Below are positions 23,848 through 39,502 of a DNA stretch of 64,000 bases, one piece after another (the stretch's first letter is position 1; the number at the start of each line of letters is the position of its first letter). The position numbers were made by a program, and so were the translations under genes. Under the pieces are notes generated by a model. It was not told the origin of the DNA. It was given only the letters and a program-made list of their open reading frames with translations, and searched no databases. Location of the stretch: contig JAUGWO010000064.1 of NCBI GenBank assembly GCA_049724395.1, forward strand, positions 186,001-250,000, in the 5' to 3' direction. The DNA comes from Spongospora subterranea f. sp. subterranea. Lineage: Eukaryota.

Positions 23848-26800
23848 ATGGATGACAGCGGCAAAGAATTTGAAAACTGCATCGCCAATGACGCAGGCGT
23901 GAGCAACAGACGCGATTCATTCGCGGCAATTCTCTCAAAGTATAATACTCTGAATGTATCGGCTGCTGTCAAACCGGGATGGACGCAGGTCCGCCAGAAA
24001 ACAATTCCGAAGCCTGAGATTGATGGAAGGGGTGAAACCGCTACTAAACCTGCACATCCTTCTTCAGCTTTTCCAACAACCAGACATCTGTTCGATAAAT
24101 TGAGGGAATCGGATTCCAATATCGATGAGGAAATACAGCGATGTCATGACGAACTTCGAACTATCCGTCAAGAGATAATATCCGCATCGCGATCGAACTT
24201 CATTTTGGAGAGAGAGCTGGACACCATTGACGAAAAAATCAAGCTTCTTGTCAAAAATAGAATCAGTCTTCAAGACGTAATTAGCAGCGTGCAAGTAAAA
24301 TGCACAATCATTGTATTCGATTATATGGTGCACTAAATTCGGATCATTGTGGGTTCAGGTCAGCGATAGGACTTCTACAGGTCTTCTCGACCCCAAGAAG
24401 AGAGCTGCCTATGAGCATGTACTGTATGTATATGCACTTTTTTCGTTGAGAGGGTCAAATGATTCATTTTTCACTTAGCTATACATTGCAATCGGAACCA
24501 ATTTATTTTGCGAAATTGGCTCGTGTTGTTAGTGGAAATCAAATACAGTCATTTGTGCAGACTGTGGTATTTGATTTCTATGGGGATCAATATGATACGC
24601 GAGATGAGCGACTACTCCTATCGCTTTTTGGTCATATTCTTCATGCCGAATTTTCCTCGGTTCGTTTCGGCTTTGCTTGTCTGATGTATCATCACTTATC
24701 GGGATTAGGCATTATCAATGGGATCACTTCTTCGAGCAAACACAGCAGTCACTAACATGATGACAGCGTATTCGAGGCGGGGACCTGGTCTTTCTATTCT
24801 TTCAGATATATTATCGGAACCTTTGAAGCGTATTACTTCAGAAACGTCCTTAGATCTTGAGTTGAACCCTGTGGCTGTTTATAAGGACATGATCTCACAA
24901 CGAGAGACAGAAACTGGCCAGTCATTTACTGGGCCAAGGTTGGGCAGGACTTAATTATTTGATGCTATGCTGCTTCCTCAATGCCATATTTAGGGATTGC
25001 TCCTACGAAGAAATGCTGCAAAAATCCCGAAGTTGCCGAGCTTCTGGAGTCTCGACGTGCAAGGCTGATCGAGTTAGCGACTGATATTTTGCAACGTATC
25101 TGCAATAATGTGGAGCATGTCCCTTATGGGATGAGGTGGATATGTAAAAAGTTGAAAGACTTATCAACACATTTTTTTCCTGGGGTAAGCGAAATGTTGC
25201 ATTTACAGTGGCGTACACTAACTTTAATAGGCTGATAATCGTCGAGTTGGGTCCATGGTTGGAGGCTATATTTACTTGCGGTTCTTCAACCCTGTTGTCG
25301 TAACTCCAGATGTATGCATGTTCTTATATCCTGTTTTTGGGAATTTATCAATTATATCTGCAGGCTCTTGATTTCGTTAGAGGAAAAGTGTCCAAGAAGA
25401 TGCGCCGTAACCTAATACTGATTGCTAAACTACTTCAGAATCTATCAAATGATCTGAAATTCGGAGAAAAGGTTTAGCGATTTGTTATCCAACCACGACC
25501 AACCTTGAGCTTTAGGAGCCCTATATGACAGAATGCAATTCGTTCATCGAGAGCTCTAGGGATATGCTTGATAGATATTTTGAGCGTCTTGTGGATGTAA
25601 ATGATCTCTCAACACAGTTAGCAATGGATAAGTGGCTGGAACGTACAAACCGTCGTGAGACTCAGATCCAGGTCAAATATAAAAATTGTTGTAATACGCC
25701 GACGAAGTTGACTGTTGCTTCTGAAGGTTTCTTTCAACCAATTGTTTTTGTTGCATTCGCTCCTGGAAACCCACATTGATCTACTCTGCGGAGATGACAA
25801 TCCCAGTTTAAGGCACCAAATTATGCAGTTAGGACCCGCACCTAAACAGCTAAAAAGTCAAGAAAACCACACTGTATCTTCCCTTCAGATTTTTTACGAT
25901 TTTGTTGTAAATAGCGTTTGATTAGGTTGGTATTGAACTTCATCCGTATGTTGCCGAATTTTCTGTGGATGCATTAACGGGAATGCCAAGGGAACGTGTG
26001 CCATCGACTGACGACACATTGCAATGCCCAGATGGGCACCCTTTATTTCAAGACGCTGCTCGTCTTCTAGTTCAGCTGGCACAAGCTATCCCTCCAGAGC
26101 TTTCTGACAGGCCCTGTCTCGAATCCGTCATTCAAGTCGTTCAGGTAATCACATCATATTACAGTATCTTCTTCTCTTTAACTTGCTTTCGCCGCAGGAG
26201 TCTTCTAGCCATGATGGCAATGAGGTTTTATCTACTCTTGTCAATTCACTGTCGGACGTTTTGATCACCCTAAAACGCATGTTGCTACTTCCTGAACATA
26301 ACGGATGTTGTCCTTTTGATGTCAGAATTCTCATGCATTTGAGCATGGCTAGTTGCCGTTGATTTGATGACCCATCAACGCACTCTCTATAGGGATTTTT
26401 GACCAGTGTGTGCGATAGCATTGAATCTCGGGAGTCGAGGCTCGAAGCTGTATCTCAAAGACGAATGCTCGCCAGCAAAGTTCGTTGAGAATGTGGATTT
26501 ACGTGCACTTGGTTGTTGAAACATCGTTATAGGTTTGTTCAACAATATTATCACACCACCAGTATTTGGATTCGCGACTTTCCCTCTACCGTCAGGTAGT
26601 TTATGTAGCTTTCAGCTGTATTCCGTTGACCTGAACATTGGTAGTATTTGGACAATGTGCGATCTGGACGCACAGCTACACTCGCATCTGATGCGCCAAA
26701 TGTGAGTCGATCAAAAACGGCGCCAATGCGTTTCAAGATATCTCAAACCGAGCTTGAGTCATCAGGTATATCTCGAACCTTCTGTAAGCTTTTGCCGTGC

Positions 26801-27143
26801 TTAGACTGCCAAATTCCATAGGCGTAATTATTGCTGTTGATCCCGACGTTCGGCGGGGTCTTTTGAAGAAAACATCGTTCACGTTTACAGCAACGTCGAA
26901 CCCAAACCAATTCATGGTTACGGCGTTGTATAGTAAAGCAAGGTGCGCACCATCTGCTCGAATAAACCTTTGTGTTGATGTTTACGCGATAGGGCGCCGT
27001 TAGCTCCAATTCTCATCGATTTAGAAGAATTGCTTGATATGCAATCGAACAACCAAGTTACCATTAATGTTCCTAACATGGTGCTGAACGTTAATCTGTT
27101 GATATACCTGATTAACTCGAAATTTTTAGCTGCACGTAAATGA
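23848..27143 (+). CDS. RasGAP of the IQGAP-related/Gap1-Sar1 type with RasGAP_C region (many introns)
   Basis: KIKLLVKNRISLQDV; YTLQSEPIYFAKL; YGDQYDTRDERLLLSLF; SLLRANT; VPYGMRWICK; YLRFFNPVVVTPD; RRNLILIAKLLQNLSN; terminal LNVNLLIYLINSKF. Confidence 0.9.
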
Positions 27144-27187
27144 TTGTATAAAGTTGAGAAATAATATATTTCACACTGAGTTGTAGA

Positions 27188-29250
<2,063 letters not shown>

Positions 29251-29909
29251 CACTACCTAGGAAAAAACGCCACCGGAACTAATTGATAGATTTGATGGAA
29301 ATTATTGCTGATGGGCGAGGTGCAAGTGGACGTTGGGATTTGAGGACTGCAATGCCCTGGTTGAGGAGGAGAGGTAATGTGTTGCCGAATTTGCCAACAA
29401 CAATGGGATATCCGCTAATATACCGTTACTGTATCTAAACCTGACTGGGTCACTCTCAGTCCCACCGGTCGCCAGCCGGGCCACTGTACACACATTCCTT
29501 TTGCTTTGTTGGAAAACCCGTGTCAAACTCGCCACAGACGATGACGTTATGACCAGCGACGTATTACCGTGTCAGTTGTTTTCGATAATTTCATCGCACA
29601 GGAATCTGTTAGTGAAAATTGCCCTATTGCGGCGATGCACACAGTCAGAAACGATCACATTTGGCATGAAAATCAATACGCAATCGTATCTTTACAAACG
29701 CAACTCAGAATTATTTGCATATGTATGTTAGCAGGTTGATCAGAGTGATACTAAATTCCGACGCTACAACGACTATTCAAGGCATCAATATTCAGAAAAT
29801 AACAGTCTGTCATTTGGTTCGATTCAGAACAAACAAATGCAGATATTGTTTGGAAGGCTCGATGATAAAAAAATTGGACATTGTATTTGGGCGGAATAGT
29901 AGAATAAAG

Positions 29910-30892
29910 TTATCGAGGGGCAGGAGTATTGACGGCAACAGGAGTCATACTGACTCTATCCTTCTCAGCCCGACATTCAAGAGACCGTTCATGGGCAGAC
30001 GGATGAAGTCTAAAACCAACACATCAACAAATGAAAGCGTGCACAGTAAAGAGAAGCCCTACTTGAACCCAAATAGACGGGGAACATAACTGCTGTTTGC
30101 CAGTTCAGGAAACAATTCAGGATATACCTTCATCAATAACCTCAAACATTATTACACGAAACCAAATTACTTTTGAGGATCGATTACCAGATAGAACAGA
30201 TGGGCAAATGTTGTACCGAAATATGCACCATCAACATCTAATGATAATGATAAATAAAGAGCCATGAAGAAAAATGGTTTCCTACTCTCAGCACGATGCG
30301 ACCTTGGTGCGTATATCTCATTGCACTTTGCACAAAATAGTTTGACAGGGGATTTATCGGGTGTGTCATAGATCCCGATTGGAAGCATTGGCTGACCAAG
30401 ACACGCAACGCGAGGACATCTGCCAAACTGGAACTGCTGATACTTCTTTAACATAGCGTCTAACCCTTTTGCTGTTAAAATATATCTGGCATGTACAAGA
30501 CCATATAAATTTTCCGCCTGAAAAAATATCGAAAATTACGTCAAACGTGAAGCTGGAACAAGCGGGATATGGATAACTACTTCACTCTCAATCATTTCCT
30601 GTTGCTCTTCGGTTAAGTTCTCATCATTATAGTCAACGTCTAGGATAATATCAAGTGCAAATTCGTAATAGGGGACTTGAGAACTTAATCCCATCAGATT
30701 AAAACCATCATGAATATATTCGTCCTCAACCTGAACCCAAGAATCAAAAAAATACATAACGAAGAGCAAACTTATCTGCCAAACCTGACAAAAAAACTCA
30801 TTCCCTTTCAAATTGCAAAAGTAGGAGACCCAGGCGTACTCCTCCTCATCATTCTCGCCACTACCGACGTCACTGGAATTATCCCCATCCAT
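29910..30892 (-). CDS. CSNK2B: Casein kinase II regulatory subunit beta
   Basis: [80 protein letters not shown]. Confidence 0.97.
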
Positions 30893-33810
30893 CGTCAGAT
30901 ATAGGTTCGGAGTCTATTTCCGGGTGATATTTACGATGAGATGGAGGAGCGGCGGGATCGATGAGGGAATGACAGAGACGGAATGATTCATTGTTGGACC
31001 ATAGTCGATAGACCAGTACCGTGACGGACAGTACCTCGGGGGTGGCGCAACCACCATATGCGTACTGTTAGGTGGCAGTCGGGCATATGGGGCTGCGCTT
31101 GACATATAGGTGTACCTACAGACGACACACGATGGCGTCATGGACAGATGGAGAAACGAGGGGTTGACAGGGCGTAGATTGAGTGGAAGAATGTGTTAAA
31201 CTGTTGAAGAAAGAGCAACATTCATCAGCGAAAGCGCAGCAAATGTGTTAGCACAAAGGAAGTGGTGATTTGAATGGCCAAAGGAAGCCATTTTTGCCGG
31301 AGATTTTCGATTTCTTGCGATGTTTACGAAAGGTGAAATCACTCATCTCTCTCAATCGATCACCCAAAGGAACTGAATCTCATTCGTTTGTCAGTCGCCA
31401 GAACCTGTAGACTTAGTCAACTTCCTATTACAAAACGTGTTCGGACACAAACAGTAGACCACACTTCAACAGATATTCGATCGTGTTTGGCCCTGAACCT
31501 GTTCAGGTTGTTGCACTGAGTGTGTATGCAATACGAACCATAACGATGGACATGTCCAGGCGCGCCATGTTCATGGCCGTCAAGATGGTCGCCCCATTTC
31601 CCCAACTACATCGCTCTCCAAGTGCCAACAAGTAGTCTTCTTGTCAATGACACAGCATGAGGCGATCCTATTCCGATTGCCTTCTTCGCCTGATACCCTC
31701 CCCAACTTGCAGAGATCAATCTATTAACTGATCATCATCTATGGATAAAATGGTCGTTGCAATAACGAATACGAGTTCAAATGCAGTTCCTCGAAAACGC
31801 CAGCTGTGTCATTATGATCAAAATATCCGATGAAAATGGCGACGACCCCTTGTTAATGACGGAGATTCAAATGGATCTTCCACTTGAAAGGGTTCATAAT
31901 GGTGATAAATGAGACTCTGTTGCAGTGCTCATCGTCTGGATAATGGGAAACGCACCGGGGATCAAAGAAACTGCTCCATCGCAGGTTGTGCATCTGTACG
32001 TGCGGTCGACAACATATCTGGACCCAGGGACAGATGGCGTTTGTGCTCGTTCGGTTGTAGATTGTGCCAAGTGATGTGTTTGCGCCAAACGGAAAGTTGT
32101 TCCGACATCTCTGCAGAGCGGGTTGATTAATTGACAATACCACAGCGGAAAATAAACAGCATCAAAACAATCGTTAATCGTTGGAATCCGCTTTGCCACT
32201 CATTCTATGTCATTAGTTTCTTTTATTGATGAAAAAGTGGTTCTTGAAACCGTTGAACAAGTCGTTCGCCAAAACGGTAGGAACGGCGAACGAGCGAGTG
32301 TTTATATTGTCAGGGGATTGCCGTCTTGGATCGAGATCCGTTCCCCTGGCGCCTGGTTGATTGTCAACACAGGAATGGTAGATAGAGTGCTGCTCCACCA
32401 TCAACACTGGTTCAACAATGGCGACACCTGTTGATGGGATATGTGTCATCACTGCCGTTGACAATGGGGCAACTGTTTGTTTGCGTCCAGGCAATTCAAA
32501 TCGGCGACTGCAATCAACACGGAGCAAAGAGAGGCGCGAACTTGATTGAATCAGTTCCGAACATGTCTCACTGCCGTTTTCACTCGTGTTTTGACCTGTT
32601 TTCTCTGTTGGTTTGGACTAACTGATTGCTTCATCATTCCTCTATTACAGCGTGTTCTCGTGAGCTCTTTGTCGTGACTAGATCAGGCAATGATTCACCT
32701 CAGCCGTCATCATGACGATTATTTGGATCTGATCCAATCTTGTGTCATCATGACGATGATAACTTCTCGTGTTGAGATAATGTTGGAATGAGAGTTCCTG
32801 TCTCGACGCTCCTGGCGAATCATGGCATCACGCGCTTGATAGTTCAACTGTTTATTTGTGAAAGTATTTGGCCAGGACGCGGTTCGGCATGGCACAGCTA
32901 GCTTCCTTGCAACGAAACTGTGTCCAACGTTGCTGTGATGTGGAACCACATTCCAAGGCGAACGTCGTCATCGCTGTGGCTGCCATCGGATGGGACAGCG
33001 ATGTTCTCTGATCTCAGAACAGCTCAAATAACTGGCCAATGTCTCGGGTCGTTGGCATTGCAGCAGAACTGGTGAACATTGTCACGATGTAGAAGGGCAG
33101 ACAAACGGCCACGAATGAATATCACTTTTCAGACAATCACCAACAGAAACAGTGGCGATAAACCTTTTTTGCGAAAATGGCGAGCTATAACAATGATATT
33201 CCACGTTGGCCGAAGTCCAAGTCGTTTACTGTCGATAGAAAAGAGAAACTGTGCGCCCCTGGTGAGGCCTGAGATATCGACCAAACGCAATTAGAATGGC
33301 CTCCATGTCATTTCCATAACTTTGATAATTCGAATACTGTTGAGAACTTCCTGATATGTTGGTGGATATGACAAAAGCTTTCGGAAAAAGAACAAAAAGC
33401 TGAGATTGCCGGTTAAGGAATTGAGAATTTAACAATTGTAAATAACTGCAACAGAATCTGATGAATATTAGTCAATGAGTTCTCTACAATTCACAGCTGG
33501 AGCTAATTTGCCAGTCAAACACTCGTATAAAGGTATTGCAAATTGGCGATATCGGAATATATTGTGTATTATATATTGATGTCCCAACCGATAGAGGATT
33601 TGCGAGTCGGGCTGGTTGGATAGCTGCCCAAATTGATAGCCGTATACAGCGATTATGGTGATGGCGGCCATTGGACCCGAACGGGTGCAGTATTGCGGTC
33701 CATTGCCAGCGATCGGGGGCAAGGAACAGACGACAGTTGGGTTCGAGATAATGTTGGGGGGCATTACTGGTTGACGGAGGAGATAGGAGGAGGGCGATTA
33801 CAGATAATGA

Positions 33811-35764
33811 TCACGACCCGGGTTGGGGAGCTTGATATGATGGTGGGGTCTGGTTCAGGGTCGATAGCGCCACACCTTAGGGTCAGGGGGGTCAATACCA
33901 ATCGGCGCTGGACCAGCATCACATACTGTTCAGGTACTGCAGTTCCAACAGCTCTTGGCTGTTCTCTTGCAGTTTCATCATGAGGCGCCAGTATTTGAAC
34001 AGGTCATCGCTGGGCCAGGTCTGCTCTTTCATGAACTGGGACACGTTTGAGGCGGTCGCATGCATAAGGGCTGTCCATGACGCCGCCTCGTCCATATTCA
34101 ACGCGTGCACATACGGTTCCCGTCCTTCCTCCGCTTTCTCTACCTCTTTCAGGCCGTCAATAATGGCTGGGTTATTCAAGCGACAGCCATCATTACCATC
34201 GACTCCTGCCCTGGTATTCGTGGCAGGATTCATAGCGCCATCGGGACCAGGCGAGTCCCCGATTTTATCACGCATCTACAGGAAAGGTCAGTTGAAGGGA
34301 TGTGATAAACCGCCATCATCATCAGTCCCAAACCTGGTCCATCTGCTTCTTAACTGTTTTTGCCAATTTCTGCTGCCGAGCAATACGCCCCATATCTTTG
34401 CTGAGAACTTGAAAGCTCCGAACTAAAGTATCGCCATGAATAATGGGTTCAGATAAGATGTTCTCAGTATACCGATAACCCCGACGAAAATGTTTTTGAA
34501 AATGAATGCCCCGATCCATATCCAGACAAAGAAATACATTCCTGTAACCTGAGGAGCGAATCTGGGTAATGATTGATATCAAGGGTATGTGGTGTAGCGC
34601 CATTTACCCATGGATTAACAACCCGTCTGATATCGCTCTCGATACTATACCAATGATCGAATGTGAACAGCTGGAATAGGGTTATCAAAGATTCCTGCAG
34701 ACTTCTAATGACCAACACACTCAGGGGTTAGATAGAGCAGCGATTGGCCAACGATCATTGACCCCCTACTCGAACTTGGTCTGATAGACCAGACCGGGAA
34801 TCGTGCTGTGGGAGTATGGTTCGAATATATATATGGCGAATATACTGAAGGTGAACGCCATCAGGCTCAAGAGCAACAAGACGAACCCCATGTTGGAGAA
34901 CCCGTCCAAACTGAATATATAATGGGGGAACGGCAATCGGCGAGCAACTACAGTTTACATTGTTGTGATGATCAATCGGAGATTGCGGAATCGCGACACC
35001 ACTTTCAACGAACGAAATATTCGAAATATTCGTAGTTGGGCAGCGAGGCTGGATATCTTCCCATCACTTATATCGAGGACGTTCAACAGGCTGGGAATTG
35101 CTGACATCATTGTCACAAGGAAATCGAAGCAATTCCACGAGCTCTTCCAGAAGTTGCGGAAATCGTCCAGCCAATGCAATCCAATCTCGATCACGAATAT
35201 CATCAAGGACGCGGTGTCGAGCAGCTCGAAGAAGATGAACATGGAGGGGACGTCCTCCCTGGATAGCTCGGTCTGTAGCCCTAGGGTGATCGAGTTCAAT
35301 ATCACCAGGCTCAAGATTAGCATCGTGAACAGGGAATTGTTGACAATCCATCTGGCCCAAACACCGATAGGCAGACGACCAACGTTCCGAACACGGTTTA
35401 ATCGTTGGTCCACAGATTTGTTGGCCGATCCAGCTGGTCGTTTGAACGTGCGAAACTTGATGAGATCATGGGGCGTATGAAGGAGAAATGAGCGATATAA
35501 TCCCACATCTGTGACAAGGGCGATCAGCAGATTGATCGACGATTGTCGCGAAGATATTGATCTGACAACACCTTGAATAAATGCAGTACTGGATACGGTT
35601 GGCATTCGATCGGCAACGGTTCCAGATCGCTTACTGATCTTGAACTCATTCTGGATATATGTTCGGAAGGCCTCAGTGTAGATGGATAGGTCTCGGCGCC
35701 TGAATATATATTTCAGATCAGAGTGGGTCGAGCAGCGTTGGACACGATATCGTCACCTATCCAT
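33811..35764 (-). CDS. CATSPER2: CatSper2-like single-domain (6TM) voltage-gated Ca2+ channel subunit
   Basis: S4 LRIFRIFRSLKVVSRF; pore FQLFTFDHW; S6 MYFFVWIWIGAFIFKNIFVGVIVRSFQ; N-terminal EAFRTYIQNEF and RLPIGVWARWIV; C-terminal WPSDDLFKYWRLMMKLQEN. Several short introns. Confidence 0.82.
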
Positions 35765-36743
35765 TATTGGAGAAATTGACCAGGACTGAAAACAGGTTAG
35801 GGGATCGATCATGATAATATTGATTGTACTATATAACGGTTCAGGTATTGGGGTCGTGGTCCTGTACAGTTAACTGGTTTACGCCATGGATCATCAAACT
35901 GGACACCGACACTACTTGATCAACAATAAAACAGGGAAGTCCCAGACAGATTAATGGGGACCTATCTGGGGATGTTTATCAACCTGTCGGCCAGATAGAA
36001 TATCGTGGGCACCGATGATGATCTTTATGAACAAGAACAGGAAGTGCCCGATAAATGGCTTCCCTGATTCCATACCAGGTGCCTCATATCGTACCGGTCC
36101 TAAAGTCTGATATGATAAGCTCGTTGGCCGGGAGTGTGAACAGCAGATGAAATTGGTGCAGGTGTTCCCGTTGTGTATGAAGGAGAATCGCGCCTACCCG
36201 CTCGATCCTCGCCGACATGAGATACATTTATGGGTTGATAATTGCGGCGGGCACAATGCCTCTCAAGAGCTTGACGGTGATCTAGCTGAAATCAACACGA
36301 CCATCCACTATTTCCCGCCGTGCGCGATTGATTTGGTTCAGCCCGCCGATGCATTTGTGATCTAAAAAATCAAGGAACCCGTCAATGAGATTCCAAAAAA
36401 TTCGAACTGATCCAACGAAGAGTTATCGAACAACGTCAGAGCTGACGGGAACTGGTCAGGTAAGCTCAAGAATCCAGACAAGGCATATTTTTCTCCAGCT
36501 GGCTGAAGATTGCGTCCGCGCTGTGAACTCCATGGGCGAATTAACTTACGCTCGGAATGCAATGGCTGATTGGCTTAGAGAACGTTTTGAAGAAAATGAG
36601 TCCTGTAGAAGATTTCATAATCGTAAGATCCAGGGAGTTTACTTCGGTTCTTGAGTAGTCCCACGTTAGTCGGATACCTGGAATGAATGTATTCAGTCTT
36701 TCAAGAGCTGAAGGAGTTCTAAGGAGGATCCGTTAAAATAAAA

Positions 36744-37383
36744 AAACCGAAAAGAAATTCCTGGACGCGAAGATAGCACAACTACAACAAAAGCGCATCG
36801 CCACCACCACGAACTTCAAGCAACTACTCGTTTCGGTTCTCTTCAAACATTTCAGCTGAACAAGCCCTGATGTTGGAAAATAACGCCTGATTAAATTCGC
36901 CGCCCATCTAACCGTTCGCGTGCCTGAAAACAAGCGTTCAACATTGATGTTTTATAATACACAATACCGTAACTAAAGTAGGTATGGTTGCATATGAATT
37001 CACACATTTTACGGCAGTGAATATTGGTCTTGCGTTCGATAATGTTGTAGAGAAGTTCTAAGCTCATATACAACATTAAACATTATCGAACGCAAGACCA
37101 ATATTCATTCTGCCGTAAAATGTGTGAATTCATATGCAACCATACCTACTTTAGTTACGGTATTGTGTATTATAAAACATCAATGTTGAACGCTTGTTTT
37201 CAGGCACGCGAACGGTTAGATGGGCGGCGAATTTAATCAGGCGTTATTTTCCAACATCAGGGCTTGTTCAGCTGAAATGTTTGAAGAGAACCGAAACGAG
37301 TAGTTGCTTGAAGTTCGTGGTGGTGGCGATGCGCTTTTGTTGTAGTTGTGCTATCTTCGCGTCCAGGAATTTCTTTTCGGTTT
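36744..37383. repeat. Near-perfect palindrome, arms about 305 bp, loop about 30 bp
   Basis: Arms 36744-37046 and 37079-37383 are reverse complements; the same ORF appears on both strands (36733- and 37194+). Confidence 0.97.
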
Positions 37384-37392
37384 CTATTAGAC

Positions 37393-37621
37393 TTGAATTA
37401 GATTTTTACAGATGATCTGTGGTTTGGACTTAGAATCCTGCTGTTGATGGACAAGCGGATTGAGCTAGTGTAAATGTTGATGTCTGGCCTTTCTCCAGGA
37501 GTGACCTGTTCTTAACAGCAGGATTTCAAGTCCAAACCACAGATCATCTGTAAAAATCTAATTCAATTTTAAAACTACTGAAGAACAGGTCACTCCTGGA
37601 GAAAGGCCAGACATCAACATT
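37393..37621. repeat. Two interleaved inverted repeats (A-B-A'-B')
   Basis: A 37393-37445 pairs with A' 37514-37566; B 37473-37513 pairs with B' 37581-37621. Confidence 0.92.
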
Positions 37622-37838
37622 GACGTAAATGGCTTCTGGCACGTTAAGCAGCTAACGCCTGAGCTTCAAAACATAATCGCGAAACATCAAAATCATTTCT
37701 ATGGCGAGCCATTGCGGCCATGTAGTCGTGGTTCGCTATAACAAAAATGTGTACGAGGTAAATTGCGTCCGGTGGAAATGCCTCGCCACCGAAACGGTTT
37801 TGATGGTTGACGACGATGGCAGGAAGATCGTTCGGTGT

Positions 37839-38630
37839 TTACATCATATAGAATAACTGAGGTATTGCCTGATAGTTCAGTACCCGGTGGCTTTTTCCTA
37901 CCACAGCGATACGACCAGGCCGCGGGCGGGCTCGAACTGGTGGCAACTCGGAGCAGACCGGTTCATTTGCACGATTTAGGTTTCGGTTATGATTGATTTG
38001 TTTTGTTAATGCCAGAGTCGTCATCTTGAACCCATGTGTACCAGAATCTTCTGCTGATTTCACAAGTTCGTTGGCTAGTTCCATCAGCTTTCGCAAACAC
38101 TGAGTCTTGTGGGTAGGATAGCACAATTGTTGGTGAACATTGGTCAAGAACGCAAAGCATGTGCTGACTCCATATCCATGGCTTCTGGTGAAGAGTGAAC
38201 AGATGAGGCATCACCTGAGGACAATCCCAACGATTCTATGACAGAACGGTACAGCGGGTGTCTGTCCAACCTCCATCGGGGTGCCAGATTCTTGACATCA
38301 CGCATGGGACGATTGAGATTGGCAAAACCCAAAGCAATATGCCGACATGGGATTAAGGACGACGTGTAAAACCCACAATCACAATGCACACCATTGAAAG
38401 TAGAACAGTACTGGTCCGAAGCAATAACTGGTTGGTCCACATTTGTCTACATGGGAACTCCAACGATGCGACTGAAGAACACCCTTCGTATTTCAGACAA
38501 GGCTTCTAGTTCTTGCCGAGTAAGGAGTGCTTCAAGGTGCATCACAAGCTCCAACAATTTGAATTTTCTTATATCAATGCCATGATTCGTGCGTCGTTGC
38601 TCGTTGAGTTGACACGTGTCCAGCAGAAAA
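37839..38630 (-). mobile_element. MULE/Mutator-like transposase C-terminal remnant (SWIM zinc finger)
   Basis: HCDCGFYTSSLIPCRHIAL..NLAPRWRL is the SWIM CxCx(n)CxH motif plus the RW motif typical of MULE transposases. Confidence 0.75.
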
Positions 38631-38925
38631 AATGGGGAAAAAAACGTTGGGCAAATTTTCTCGGAATCTTCGCATAGTTTCGTAATAAAGTGAATTTTTT
38701 CTGCTAGACACGTGTCAACTCAACGAGCAACAACGCACGAATCAAGGCCACTAGCATTGATATAAGAAAAACTAATTTGTTGGAGCTTGTGACGCACTCG
38801 AAGCACTCGTTACTCGGCAAGAACTAGAAGCCGTTTCTGAAATACGAAAGGGTGTTCTTCAATCGCATCGTTGGAGTTCCCATGTAGACAAATGTGGACC
38901 AACCAGTTATTACTTTGGACCAGTA
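38409..38925. repeat. Imperfect inverted duplication, arms about 225 bp
   Basis: 38409-38632 versus the reverse complement of 38693-38925, with scattered substitutions and indels; peptide ITGWSTFVYMGTPTMRLKNTL appears on both strands. Confidence 0.92.
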
Positions 38926-39502
38926 AAGCTTTCTCAAAACCATTGCAACGGGTTTACCAGAACAGTCCACAAACTGATTGAACGAATCTGGATCCAGAGA
39001 TTCATAGAGCTTTTCTATGGTCAACGCGACGACGACCAGAATGAAGACCAACACTGCGTGGCGGCATCCGTCGAATCTAAGCACGGAGTAGAGATTTCTC
39101 CCATGAATTTACCACATGACATGATCATTCACATCTGTTCCAGTATGGTTCAATCAGTGTTGAGTGATTTACAATGCAACTACCGTATAAAATAAGTTAA
39201 ATATTGTTTCCTTTTTTGTTTGGTTGAGGCATTGTTGTTTGTACTTGCAATTTGCGTATGCACATTCTGTGTGTGTTCGCTTTGTAAATTTTCATCCGCA
39301 CGACCTGGTTTCGTCATTCGGCTCATCAGGCCGCCGCGTTGGTCGCCCTCTTTCGAAGGGGCCCTGCTGGAAGGGTGGGATTCCTTCTCTGAGGTATCTT
39401 CTCGCAAGAAGCTGTCTCAACGATCTGGTTTTATTTGTGCGGTATCACCAGTATCAAGTCGATTTGAACGCGATGCGTCGATTGGGATGATCTCCTTCAG
39501 AC

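Larger units (their letters stand above)
36140..37715 (+). mobile_element. Pogo/DDE_1 transposase C-terminal remnant interrupted by palindromic insertions
   Basis: LWVDNCGGH..HYFPPCAIDLVQPADAFVI (DDE_1 second and third Asp); GKLKNPDKAYFLQLAEDCVRAVN..YARNAM; probable continuation LDVNGFWHVKQLTPELQNIIAKH at ~37620-37700. Confidence 0.75.

Noticed and set aside
34965..35480. 171-aa plus-strand ORF
   Set aside because: Antisense shadow of the CatSper2-like exon.
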